Assembly: GCA_965223545.1 (NCBI GenBank)
Contig: OZ245006.1
Coordinates: 5,536,001 to 5,600,000, forward strand
DNA from: Planctomycetota bacterium
GTDB lineage: Bacteria; Planctomycetota; UBA1135; UBA2386
Direction: 5' to 3'
Length of the DNA stretch: 64,000 bases
The translations under genes were made by a program, and so were the position numbers. Of the stretch, positions 9,823 through 20,327 are shown piece by piece. The notes beneath the pieces were generated by a model, which saw only the letters and a list, made by a program, of their open reading frames with translations, was not told the origin of the DNA and did not search any database. Position 1 is the first letter of the stretch, and each line of letters opens with the position of its first letter.

Positions 9823-11530
9823 GCGGCGTGTCGTTGCCGCTGCTGCGGGCGCAGGCCGCGTTCGCGACGCCCGGCTGGGTCGCCCTGGCGGCGGCCGGTG
9901 TCAATGTGGGCGTCTTGCTGGTGTGGGTGACGGGCTATCTATGGCAGTTCGGCGCCACCGGTGAGAGTGCGGCGACAACCGGCGTGTCCGTCGTGATCGC
10001 GGGACTCGTGCTGACTGCCGGCGCGAGCGGCCTCGTTCTGACATTCTCCCGACCGCGCCTCAAGCTCGTCGAGCGCCTCTGGCCCGTGACCGAGCGCACG
10101 GTGCTGCACACCAAGTTGGCGGCGGCCCTGCTGTTGGCCGCGCTGCCGTTTTGCTGCGCGCTTGTCGTGTTCGCGGTGGTGTCGCCGTGGGCTGAGCAGA
10201 CCCAGCGGCTCTGGGCTCCCGTCGCCGGAGGCTTCGGAGCCGCGCTGTGTGCCGTTTGTGTCGGACACCTCCTGATGGGCCGACAGGCGCGGCCCTCCAA
10301 CAAGCGCGTGCTCCTCGCGTTTGCGCCTCTCGTCGCGGTTTGCGCCGTCGCGGGTCGACCTGGTGGGGAGCTCTGGTGGGGGTCATCTTGCTGGCGCCGA
10401 TGGCCGCGTTGATCGCGTGGGAGGCGACCCCACTGTGTCTGGTGCGGCCGACAAGGCGAGAGACCGACGACAGCGCCGCGATCGCCGGTGACGCGATGAC
10501 CGCGATGCGGCGGCGTGCGGCGACGCGCAGTCCATTGTGGTGGCTGTTGTCCTTGGGGTGCTTCGTCGTGATGGCGACCGCGGTCGTGCACTCTTCGATG
10601 AGGTTCTTCCTGCCGATGGTGATCCTGACTCCGTTGACCTGGGTGCCGGTGTGGTCCCAGGTCCTCCGGCCCGTTGTGCATCTACCGCTTCGCTCGCGCC
10701 GCGCGCTGTTCCCGGTGGTCGGCGTGCCGGTCGTATTGGCCCCTTCGCTCGGCGTGCTGGCCGGGGCGTTGATCGGCCCGCTGGGCACGCGCGATGTTCC
10801 GTCTGTGGTGCAGGTCGTCTCGTTTCCGACGCGGGACGGCCCGCCGCTGCGTCAGATCGTGGTGCCGTCTCGGGCATGGAGGCTGCGGCTCGGCGGCACA
10901 ACGGAGGTCGGCTCCGGCGAGGCGTCGCGTTTCGTCGGCGCGCCCGCGACGGAGCATTCGTTGATGCCCGGAATGCGCGTGGAGAACCCGTACGCAGTGG
11001 CGGTCGACGCTCCGGCGGCGGTGGTGGCCGAGAGCCTGGACCGCGCGCTCCGCGACGTGCACGGCACTCCGCTCGGGGCCGACGCTGCCAGGCAGCTGAC
11101 GGAAGGTGCGGTCGTCGAGCTCGGTCCGCTGGTGCCGGTCCGAGATGGACTGGGGGGCCGCCTCTTGCCGTTCGTGCCGATCCTCGGGCTGTACGCTTGG
11201 ATCGCGCTCTTCGCGCTGCGCGCGCGGCAGTACCCGGTGATGCCCTGGAGTGCGCGGCGGCGGTTCTGGAGCGTCGTTGTCTCGGTGGCCTTCGTCGCGT
11301 TGTTGGTGGCCTGGCTGCTGCTGCGCGGGGCGGCTTGGTCGGTGCTGGCGGCGGTCGCCCTGCGCGGCGTCTCCTCGCTGCCGCCGGTGGTCGATTGGGT
11401 TTGGTTCGCCGGCGCGGCCGCCGCGATCTGGCTCTACTGGCGCGCGGCGGCGCGCCGGTTCGATGCGCTCGAGCTACCCTCCGTCTTGCCCGAATGGCAC
11501 GTGGAGCGCGCGCTGCGCAGCGGCGCGTGA
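9819..11530 (+). CDS. Multi-TM membrane protein, probable ABC permease; one frameshift near 10352
   Basis: Hydrophobic frames 9819-10350 and 10353-11530 join as VCAVAG-STWWGALVG if one G is added to the GGG run at 10352-10354. Confidence 0.65.
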
Positions 11531-11780
11531 TCACCCCGAACGGCTCCGCCGCCCCGGCCCGGGCATTCCCCCGGGTTCCGACGCTCGCGTCCCGTGGGCG
11601 GCTGCGGCATGATGGCAGCGCCATCTGACCGGTCCCCGGCAACCGCCGCCGACCGCGATTCCGCAGCTTCCCGGCCGCTCTCCGCGGCCGGCCGGCGCAA
11701 TTCCGCCGGCCGGTGCGAGGTTCGTTGGGCTGGATGGCCGCATTGTATTTCCCACTCTCGAACCCTTCTCACTGTCTGTC

Positions 11781-12961
11781 ATGGGCCAACCCGTCATCGT
11801 TTCCGCTTGCCGCACGCCGATCGGCAAGCTGCAGGGGGCACTCACCCCGTTGACCGCGCCGCAGCTGGGGGCGGTCGCCGCCACCGAGGCGCTGCGCCGC
11901 GCGCAGCTCCCGCCCGACGCGGTCGACGAGGTCTTGTTCGGCCACGTGCTGCAGGCCGGCTGCGGCCAGGCCCCGGCCCGGCAGGTGCTGCGCGGGGCGG
12001 GCATTCCGGATGCGGTGGGTGCCACCACCATCAACAAAGTCTGCGGTAGCGGCCTCGAGGCGGTGATGTCGGCGGCGCGCGCGATCAAGGCCGGCGACGC
12101 GGCGTGTGTCCTCGCCGGCGGCATGGAGTCGATGAGCAACGTGCCCTACTACCTGCCGGAAGCGCGGCGCGGCCATCGGCTGGGGCACGCGCAGGTCGTC
12201 GACGGCATGGTGCACGACGGTCTGTGGGACATCTACAACGACTTCCACATGGGCAACACCGGTGAGCTGGTGGCGCAGAAATACGGCATCGGCCGCGCCG
12301 AGCAGGACGCCTACGCGGCCGAGAGCCACCGGCGCGCGGTGGCGGCGCAGCAGGCGGGTGCGTTTGCCGGCGAGATCGTCGCCGTCGAGGTGCCCGGCCG
12401 GAAGGGGACGAAGACGGTGTTCGACACCGACGAAGGCCCGCGCGCCGACTCGACCGCCGAGGCGCTGGCCAAGCTGAAGCCCGTGTTCCAGAAGGACGGC
12501 ACCGTGACCGCCGGCAATGCCTCGTCGATCAACGACGGGGCTTCGGCGGTCGTCGTCATGGACGAGCGCGCGGCGGCGGAGCGCGGCGTGCAGCCGATGG
12601 CGCGCATCCTCGGCTATGCGACCGGCGGCATGGCGCCGGAGTGGGTGATGATGGCGCCCGAAGTCGCGGTCGCCCGGCTCTGCGAGCAGCTCGGCTGCAC
12701 GCCGCAAGACTTCGATTTGTTCGAGATCAACGAGGCGTTCTCGGTGCAGTGCGTGGCGCTGCTGCGGCAGCTCGAGTTGGACCACGACCGGGTCAACGTC
12801 AACGGCGGCGCGGTCGCACTGGGCCACCCGATCGGTTGTTCGGGCGCGCGCGTGCTGACCACTCTGCTGCACGCGCTGAAGGCGCGCGGGGCGTCGCGCG
12901 GTGTCGCCGCGCTCTGTCTCGGTGGCGGCAACGCGGTCGCCATGGCCGTGGAGGTGATCTG

Positions 12962-12962
<1 letters not shown>
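11781..12962 (+). CDS. atoB: Acetyl-CoA C-acetyltransferase (thiolase)
   Basis: [31 protein letters not shown]. Confidence 0.95.
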
Positions 12963-13815
<853 letters not shown>

Positions 13816-13819
<4 letters not shown>

Positions 13820-14985
13820 CCGAGATTCGCCCCGAGCTCTCCTCGCAAGTCGTGGACTTCGAGCTGAGCGAGTCACTCGCCGAGTTTCAGAAGACCGCGC
13901 GCGCCTACGCGACCGACCACGTCGCCGCCGGCGCCGGGGAGCGGGACGCCAACGCCGAGTTTCCGCGGCAGGCGATTCAGACCGCGGCGGAGCAGGGCTT
14001 GCTCCGCATCACCGTGCCCGAGGAGTACGGCGGCTCCGAGCTCGGCAACCTGGCCAGCTGCCTGATGCTGGAAGAGGTCAACGCGGCTTGCGCGTCGACC
14101 GGGGTGACCATCTCGGTGCACAACTCGCTGGTCTGCTCGCCCCTGGGCAAGTGGGGAACCGACGACCAGAAGCGGCGCTATTTCCCCAAGCTGAGCAGCG
14201 GCGAGTGGCTGGGCGCGTACTGCTTGTCCGAGGCGGGCTCCGGCTCGGACGCCGCAGCGCTGCGCTGTGAGGCCGTGCGCGATGGCGACGACTACGTGCT
14301 CAACGGACCCAAGCTCTGGATCACCACCGGGCCGGAGGCGGGACTGTTCATCGTCTTCGCCCGCACCGGTGCGGACCGAGTCGGCGGCATCACTGCGTTT
14401 CTGGTCGAACGCGACTTCGCTGGCGTCGGCGTCGGCAAGAAGGAGCGCAAGCTCGGCATCCGCGCCTCGCCGACGACCGAGATCACCTTGGAGAACGTGC
14501 GCGTGCCGGCGGCGAATCGCTTCGGCGACGAGGGCATCGGCTTCAAGATCGCGCTCGACACGTTGGACGGCGGTCGGTTGGGCATCGCCAGCCAGGCGCT
14601 CGGCATCGCCCGCGCCTGCCGCGATCTGGTGCGCGACCATCTGGCGACGCAGGTCGATCACAAGGGGCGGCCGACCGCGAGCCAAGCGGCGCAGTGGCGC
14701 CTCGCCGATCTGTCCACCGAGATCGACGCCGCGCGCTTCTTGATCTGGCGCGCCGCGATCCTGCGCGACCGGCGGGTGCGGTGCTCGGCCGAGGCGGCGA
14801 TGGCCAAGCTGATGGCCAGCCGGCTGGCGAACGAAGCGGCCCGCGCGGCGGTGTCCATCCTCGGCGAGGCCGGCGCCAGCACGTCGGCCGCCGAGCGCTT
14901 GATGCGCGACGCACGGATCACCGAGATCTACGAGGGCGCGACCGACATCCAGCGGCTGGTGATCGCCCGGGCGGAGCTGGCATGA
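13816..14985 (+). CDS. Acyl-CoA dehydrogenase (short/branched-chain type)
   Basis: [42 protein letters not shown] with catalytic Glu. Confidence 0.93.
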
Positions 14986-16100
14986 CCGGCGGCTACGAAC
15001 CTGGCCCGCCGGCGCGTCCGCCGGGTCCCCCGAACGGGCCGCCGCCGGGCGTCCCCTACACCGCGCCGCAGCCCGAGCCGCGGTCGGTGTCGTTCTACGT
15101 CGCGATCTTCTTGGCGTTGCTGCTGCTGATCAGCGGCGGGCTCAACCTGGTGCTGCTCGTGGTGAGCGCCGTCGGGTCGGCCCGCGGGCTCACGGGGGGC
15201 TACGGCTCCGACGAGGACGGCATGTACGAGCTGGTCGCGGTCGGCGGCCACGCGGATGCGTCCCGCGACGTCCTGCTCGTGCCGATCGAGGGCGCCATCG
15301 CCGAGGCGAGCTCTCCCCTGATCGGTGCGCCGGGTGGGACCGTCAGCCAAGTGCGCCGCGCGCTGCGCGCCGCTGAGCGCGAGGAGCGCATCGCTGCGGT
15401 CCTGTTCGACATCAACTCGCCCGGCGGGGGGGTGACCGACTCGGACGAGATCTACCGGCTGATCTCCGAGTTTCGTGAGCGCAACTCCGACGTCCCCGTG
15501 CTCGCGCTGCTCGGCGACGTCGCGGCGTCGGGCGGCTACTACATCGCAGCGGCGTGCGAGGGGATCTTCGCGCGGCCGACGACGATCACCGGCAGCATCG
15601 GCGTCATCATCAGCCAGTACCAGTACGGCGAAGCGCTGCGCGAGCTCGGCATCGAGGTCAACACGATCGTCTCCGACGACACGCCGTACAAGGACATGCT
15701 GTCGCCGACGCGGCCGATGCGGCCGGAAGAAGAGGCCAAGGTCAAGGCGATCGTGCAGCAGATGTACGAGCGCTTCGTCGACGTCGTCGACGCGGGCCGG
15801 CCCGAGCTGACGCGCGCCGCCGTGCAGGCGGCGGCGACCGGTGAGATCTACTCCGCGCTGCGCGCGCGCGAGTTGGGATTGGTCGATCGGATCGCTTCGA
15901 TCGCCGACGCCTACGGCGAGCTGGCCGAGCGGATCGGCAGCGAGCGCGTTCGGGTCGTCGAGCAGCGGCGCATTCCGACGTTTTTCGACGCGTTGGCCGG
16001 GGTCAAGGGGGCGCCGGCTCCGCTGGACGCGGCGTTGGCGCAGCTGCTGCGCTCGACGACCGGGCCACGAATGTTGTACCTCTGGCAAGGGGGCCGCTGA
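14982..16100 (+). CDS. sppA: Signal peptide peptidase A (S49 family)
   Basis: N-terminal TM, INSPGG, AASGGYY, TGSIGV, YKD, ARELGLVD. Confidence 0.92.
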   Translation: MTGGYEPGPPARPPGPPNGPPPGVPYTAPQPEPRSVSFYVAIFLALLLLISGGLNLVLLVVSAVGSARGLTGGYGSDEDGMYELVAVGGHADASRDVLLVPIEGAIAEASSPLIGAPGGTVSQVRRALRAAEREERIAAVLFDINSPGGGVTDSDEIYRLISEFRERNSDVPVLALLGDVAASGGYYIAAACEGIFARPTTITGSIGVIISQYQYGEALRELGIEVNTIVSDDTPYKDMLSPTRPMRPEEEAKVKAIVQQMYERFVDVVDAGRPELTRAAVQAAATGEIYSALRARELGLVDRIASIADAYGELAERIGSERVRVVEQRRIPTFFDALAGVKGAPAPLDAALAQLLRSTTGPRMLYLWQGGR

Positions 16101-17197
16101 TGGAAACCACGCAAGACAACCTCTCGCTCACCGAAGAGCAGGAGATGGTCCTCGAGCAAGTCGGCAAGCTGGTGCAGGACAAGATCGAGCCGGTCGCCCT
16201 GCACAACGACGAGCACCGCGAGTTCTGCCGCGAGAGCTTCACCCAGCTCGCCGAGATGGGAATGCTCGGTTTGCCCGTCGGCGAGGACAGCGGCGGCGCC
16301 GGCTTCGGCATGCTGGCGTTCGCGGTCGCGCTCGAGCAGATCGCGCGGGCCTGCGGCTCGAGCGCGCGCCTGTTGCTGTCGCAGGCGGGATTGTGCGGCA
16401 CCGCCCTCGAGGGCTTGGCCGCCGGCGCCGAGCGCTGCCAGGCGCTGCTGATGGGTGAGGCCATCGGCGCGTTCGTCGGGGCGCACAGTGGAGTGACCGC
16501 GACCGCCGATGGCGACGGCTTCGTGCTCGACGGACGGGCTGATCTGGTGACGGCGGCGATGGAGGCCGACACCGTCATCGCCGCAGCGGTCGACGCCGAT
16601 GGCGGGGCGTTGCTGGTGGCCCTGGATGCCGCGGCATGCCAGCGGACCGCGGTGGCGGCGCTCGGCTTTCGCGCGACCGCACCCGGTGCCGTCGACCTGA
16701 CCGGCGTCCGCGTTGGCGCTGGCGACGTGCTTGCGCGCGGCGACGACGCGCGCCGCGCGCTGCAGCGCGCCGCGATCGCGGCGTGCGTCGGCGGCGGCGC
16801 GATCTGCGTGGGCATGGGCGAGGCCTCCATCGAGGCGTCGCTGGCGCACGCGCACGAGCGGATCGCCTTCGGCAAGCCGCTCTACGCCCAGCAAGCGGTC
16901 ACCCTCAAGCTGGTGGATGCCAGTCGGGCCGTCGATGCCGCGCGGCATCAGGTCTACCACGCCGCCCGCTTGGTCGATGGTGGGCAGGACGCGGCGCGCG
17001 CGGCGGCGTTCGCGCGGCTGTCTGCCGTCGAGGCGGCACTGCTGGCCGCCGATGAAGGCATTCAGGTGCACGGTGGCTTCGGCTACACCGTCGAGTACCA
17101 CGTCGAGCGGCACTACCGCGACGCGAAGTGCCTCGAAGTGATGGACGGTGGCGCCGAGGCGCTGCGCGACGGTATCGCCGCCGCGCTCGCGCGCTGA
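16100..17197 (+). CDS. Acyl-CoA dehydrogenase family protein with degenerate motifs
   Basis: ERIAFGKPL, IQVHGGFGY, VERHYRDAK; lacks the xEPxxGSD motif and has VMDG instead of IYEG. Confidence 0.85.
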   Translation: METTQDNLSLTEEQEMVLEQVGKLVQDKIEPVALHNDEHREFCRESFTQLAEMGMLGLPVGEDSGGAGFGMLAFAVALEQIARACGSSARLLLSQAGLCGTALEGLAAGAERCQALLMGEAIGAFVGAHSGVTATADGDGFVLDGRADLVTAAMEADTVIAAAVDADGGALLVALDAAACQRTAVAALGFRATAPGAVDLTGVRVGAGDVLARGDDARRALQRAAIAACVGGGAICVGMGEASIEASLAHAHERIAFGKPLYAQQAVTLKLVDASRAVDAARHQVYHAARLVDGGQDAARAAAFARLSAVEAALLAADEGIQVHGGFGYTVEYHVERHYRDAKCLEVMDGGAEALRDGIAAALAR

Positions 17198-17204
17198 CGA
17201 TCGC

Positions 17205-18530
17205 TCAGCGACCGATGCGGGTCTCGATCCCGTTCGACGCGCACAGCGCCGGGGCGGTCAGGCTGACGGCCTGGTGCGTCAGGGTGACGCCGACCATGTC
17301 GAGCGAGGCGGGGACCACCAAGCCGAACGAGAACTGACCACCCAGATTGACCGGCGTGGTGATCGACCCCGCGATCGGGTCCACGAACTGCGGGCAGCCG
17401 AACGGCAGCGGGAACGGCGCGACGATGCCCGGCGTGCTGGGACCGAAGACGATGAAGATCGTCGATCCAGGCAGCGCGCCCTTGCCCTGGTAGACGATCG
17501 TGTTGCCGGGGTTGGGGGCGCCGGACCGTCGGCCGAGCAGCAGCGGGGAGCCGGTGCCGCCGCAGACGCAGGATGCCGCGACTTGGCTGACGCCGAACAT
17601 GGTGAACCCGGACAGGCCGTAGACGTGCACGCGGGAGGCGTCATCGACCATCACGATCTCGCGGTGCTGTGCGTCGTATGCGCTGGTCATCAGGTTGGCC
17701 GCCTGTGCCGGAACCGACAGCGTGGGCTGTGGGGTCCAGTTGCCGGCGGCGAACAGCCATACGTCGGTCACGGGGCCGGATGCTCCGAAACCGCCGCCCA
17801 GGATGATCTCGGAGCGCACACCGCTGCCGAGGTCGGGCTGCGGGTCGAGTTCCATCGCCGCGAAGAAGCGGCCGGAAGGAGCGCTCGCCGTGGTCTGCTG
17901 CGTCCACGCCGCGCCGTCGAACCTCCAGGTGTCGGCAAAGAAGGTGGTGCCGCCGGGCGAACCGCCGAACAGGATCAGATTGCCCTGGTCGTCCGGCGCC
18001 ATGGCGGCGCCGAAACGGGCTGCCGGTCCCGCGATCATCAGCGGGTTCCACGCGACGCCGTCCCACTCCCACGTGTCGCCGAGCGCTGATCCGGCGGGGG
18101 TGGCGCCGCCGAACAGGATCACGTTGCCGCCGGGAAACCGCGCGATCGCGGCGCCGGAGCGCGGGGGCGGGGCGATGGCGAGGCTCGGCGTCAGGTCGGT
18201 CCACGTGGCGCCGTCGAAGGTCCAGGTGTCGGCCACGCCCAGGCCGCCGTCGAACAGGATCACCTCGCCATTGGGGGCGTCCGACATCGCACTGAATGCG
18301 CGCGTCGTCGGTCCGGTGGCCGGGATCTGGTTCCAGGCCGCGCCGTCCCAGGTGAAGGTCGATAGCGTGCCGGCGCCGCCGTCCGCGACGCCGACCACCG
18401 TGCCGCCGACCGGGTCGGTGGCGACCGCGGACACCAGAATCGGCTGCGGGAGCAGCGTGGTCGTGCGGGTGGACTGGGCGGTGGCGATCGCGGGAGTGAG
18501 CGCCACGAGGAGAGTGAGTTGCGTCTTCAC
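17205..18530 (-). CDS. Secreted Kelch-like beta-propeller protein
   Basis: Signal peptide; repeated ILFGG...DTWxxDGxxW blades; C-terminal beta domain ending ASNGIETRIGR. Confidence 0.8.
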   Translation of the reverse strand: MKTQLTLLVALTPAIATAQSTRTTTLLPQPILVSAVATDPVGGTVVGVADGGAGTLSTFTWDGAAWNQIPATGPTTRAFSAMSDAPNGEVILFDGGLGVADTWTFDGATWTDLTPSLAIAPPPRSGAAIARFPGGNVILFGGATPAGSALGDTWEWDGVAWNPLMIAGPAARFGAAMAPDDQGNLILFGGSPGGTTFFADTWRFDGAAWTQQTTASAPSGRFFAAMELDPQPDLGSGVRSEIILGGGFGASGPVTDVWLFAAGNWTPQPTLSVPAQAANLMTSAYDAQHREIVMVDDASRVHVYGLSGFTMFGVSQVAASCVCGGTGSPLLLGRRSGAPNPGNTIVYQGKGALPGSTIFIVFGPSTPGIVAPFPLPFGCPQFVDPIAGSITTPVNLGGQFSFGLVVPASLDMVGVTLTHQAVSLTAPALCASNGIETRIGR

Positions 18531-18685
18531 AGGTTTGCCTCTGAGTCGTTGAGGAGGTCGGACGACCCCGGGCGCAGGTGAGCGCCCGCCCCTAGAGACC
18601 GTGGCGGCGTGGGGCGACCGGAGGCAGAAACACGCGGTGGTGCGTGCTCATCGCGTGGCGCGTTGGTGCGCCCGCGATGCGTCGA

Positions 18686-20317
18686 TCACTGCAACCTGAA
18701 GATCGACGAGAACGTGTCGATCTGCTCCCACTTGTTGAACGACAAGCACTGCACTTCGTAATCGCCCGGCGCTAGCCCGGTCACTGGCAGATCCATGGAG
18801 AACAGGTCATCGGCTTGGGTCCGTTGGATCGGCCACCAAACGGTGACCCAAGACGACGTTGGGTTGATCGTGCGATATCGAACGAAGACGTCGTAAGGGT
18901 CAAAGAGCGGAACGATTCTGTTGCTCCATCCCGAGATCGTCAGGTGGACTCGCCCCGAGTTCGCGATCGCCCCTCTGTAGGGAACGTGGTAGAGGCTGAG
19001 ATGCAAGTGTTGGAAGGCCGGATTGGTGGTGGGGATCGGGCTGCCGATCATCGGTTGTGCAGCGCCGGCCTCGGGGTCTGGGAGACATAGCGCGGTGATC
19101 TCGTCGGTGGAACGAATGTTCATCTTCTCGACGATGTCGTCGCCAGACGGTGTTACCGGGATGGCGGTTCTCGGCATTGAGGGAGGGTTTGGTCCGGCTT
19201 GCGTCGCAACCTCAGGGGCGTGCATGAGGATCTGCGGGAAGCTCGAACCCTCGAGTGAAAAGGCGAACAGCTCATTGGAGAGGATCGTGCCCGGCCCAAC
19301 GGGCGTGTGCAGAGTGCTCCGGCCGACCGCCAGTGCGTCAATGTTGTACCCCGTTAGCGGTTGCTCATTGTAGGTCAGTTTGGAGGTTTGGAGGACGACC
19401 TCCAAGTTCTCCCATGTGCCTTGGCCCCAGGTCGCCTTGAACACGGTTCCACCATCAATCGGGTCCAATATCGGTGGTTTGGGTTGGAGAGCTCTCAAGA
19501 GAGCGTCTGCCAGGGTTTCGGACGAGCGGGTCTGTTGGAGGGCTGCAGTGGTCAGGGAGAAGTAGACCACCGACGTGGTCGGCATGATGGCTCCCGCCGG
19601 CAATCCGGCATTGTCGGCGATCTCTGGGATGAACAGATCCATCGCTACGATGTCGGGCAGGAACCCGGATGCCGAAGAGTAGCTCGGGTACGAGGCCGGC
19701 AAGAAGTCGCTGGTCCCGGTCTCGAGTAGGGTCTGATCGACCAGTTCCTCGGGCAAGTAGCTCTCTTCGACGTAATAGCTGATCACCTCTGCCCCGGCGC
19801 CCTGGGGGCGCGCGGCCATGTTGGCGACCCACGTGTTCGGCGCACCTTGTGATGTGCTCGAAATCGATGCCTGGAAGGCCGACCAGGCCCCCTGAGCGGG
19901 TGTGGCGCCCTGTTGGGGCTCGATGAAGAAGACGTACTCGTTACCGAGTTGGCCGCCGCGCGCGGGTGTTGTGGCGTTGCCCGAGGAGACGCCGTCGACT
20001 TCGATATCGAGCGGTTGCGACCATCCAATGGTCGTTGCGATCAGCGCTGCATACGTCGAGATGTTGAAGTCGGGATAGTCGACGCCGGCCGGTGGCGGGG
20101 GCAGTGGCGACAGGAGGTGGTTTTCGCCTGCCGCAGGGCTGTGGCCGGCGGGTTGCCGCCAGATTCTCGATCCACCGTTGGTCGGGTTGGCCGTGTCTTC
20201 CCGGAACACAAAGGCGTATGGAGTTGCCGCGAACGCTCCACGACCTGGTTCTTGGGAGGGAGCAGGGAAAGCGTGGACGCAGAGCGTGATACAAGCGAAA
20301 GAAGTGGTTCGGCGCAT
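18686..20317 (-). CDS. Hypothetical secreted protein
   Basis: Long ORF with protein-like composition, probable start MRRTTSFACITLCVHAFPAPSQ, 10 bp downstream of the kinase; visibly more AT-rich. Confidence 0.75.
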   Translation of the reverse strand: MRRTTSFACITLCVHAFPAPSQEPGRGAFAATPYAFVFREDTANPTNGGSRIWRQPAGHSPAAGENHLLSPLPPPPAGVDYPDFNISTYAALIATTIGWSQPLDIEVDGVSSGNATTPARGGQLGNEYVFFIEPQQGATPAQGAWSAFQASISSTSQGAPNTWVANMAARPQGAGAEVISYYVEESYLPEELVDQTLLETGTSDFLPASYPSYSSASGFLPDIVAMDLFIPEIADNAGLPAGAIMPTTSVVYFSLTTAALQQTRSSETLADALLRALQPKPPILDPIDGGTVFKATWGQGTWENLEVVLQTSKLTYNEQPLTGYNIDALAVGRSTLHTPVGPGTILSNELFAFSLEGSSFPQILMHAPEVATQAGPNPPSMPRTAIPVTPSGDDIVEKMNIRSTDEITALCLPDPEAGAAQPMIGSPIPTTNPAFQHLHLSLYHVPYRGAIANSGRVHLTISGWSNRIVPLFDPYDVFVRYRTINPTSSWVTVWWPIQRTQADDLFSMDLPVTGLAPGDYEVQCLSFNKWEQIDTFSSIFRLQ

Positions 20318-20327
20318 TGGAGGTTGG

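Noticed and set aside
10340..10385. Programmed frameshift or phase-variable G tract in the permease
   Set aside because: The shift maps to a 3-G run with no slippery heptamer; error or mutation is simpler
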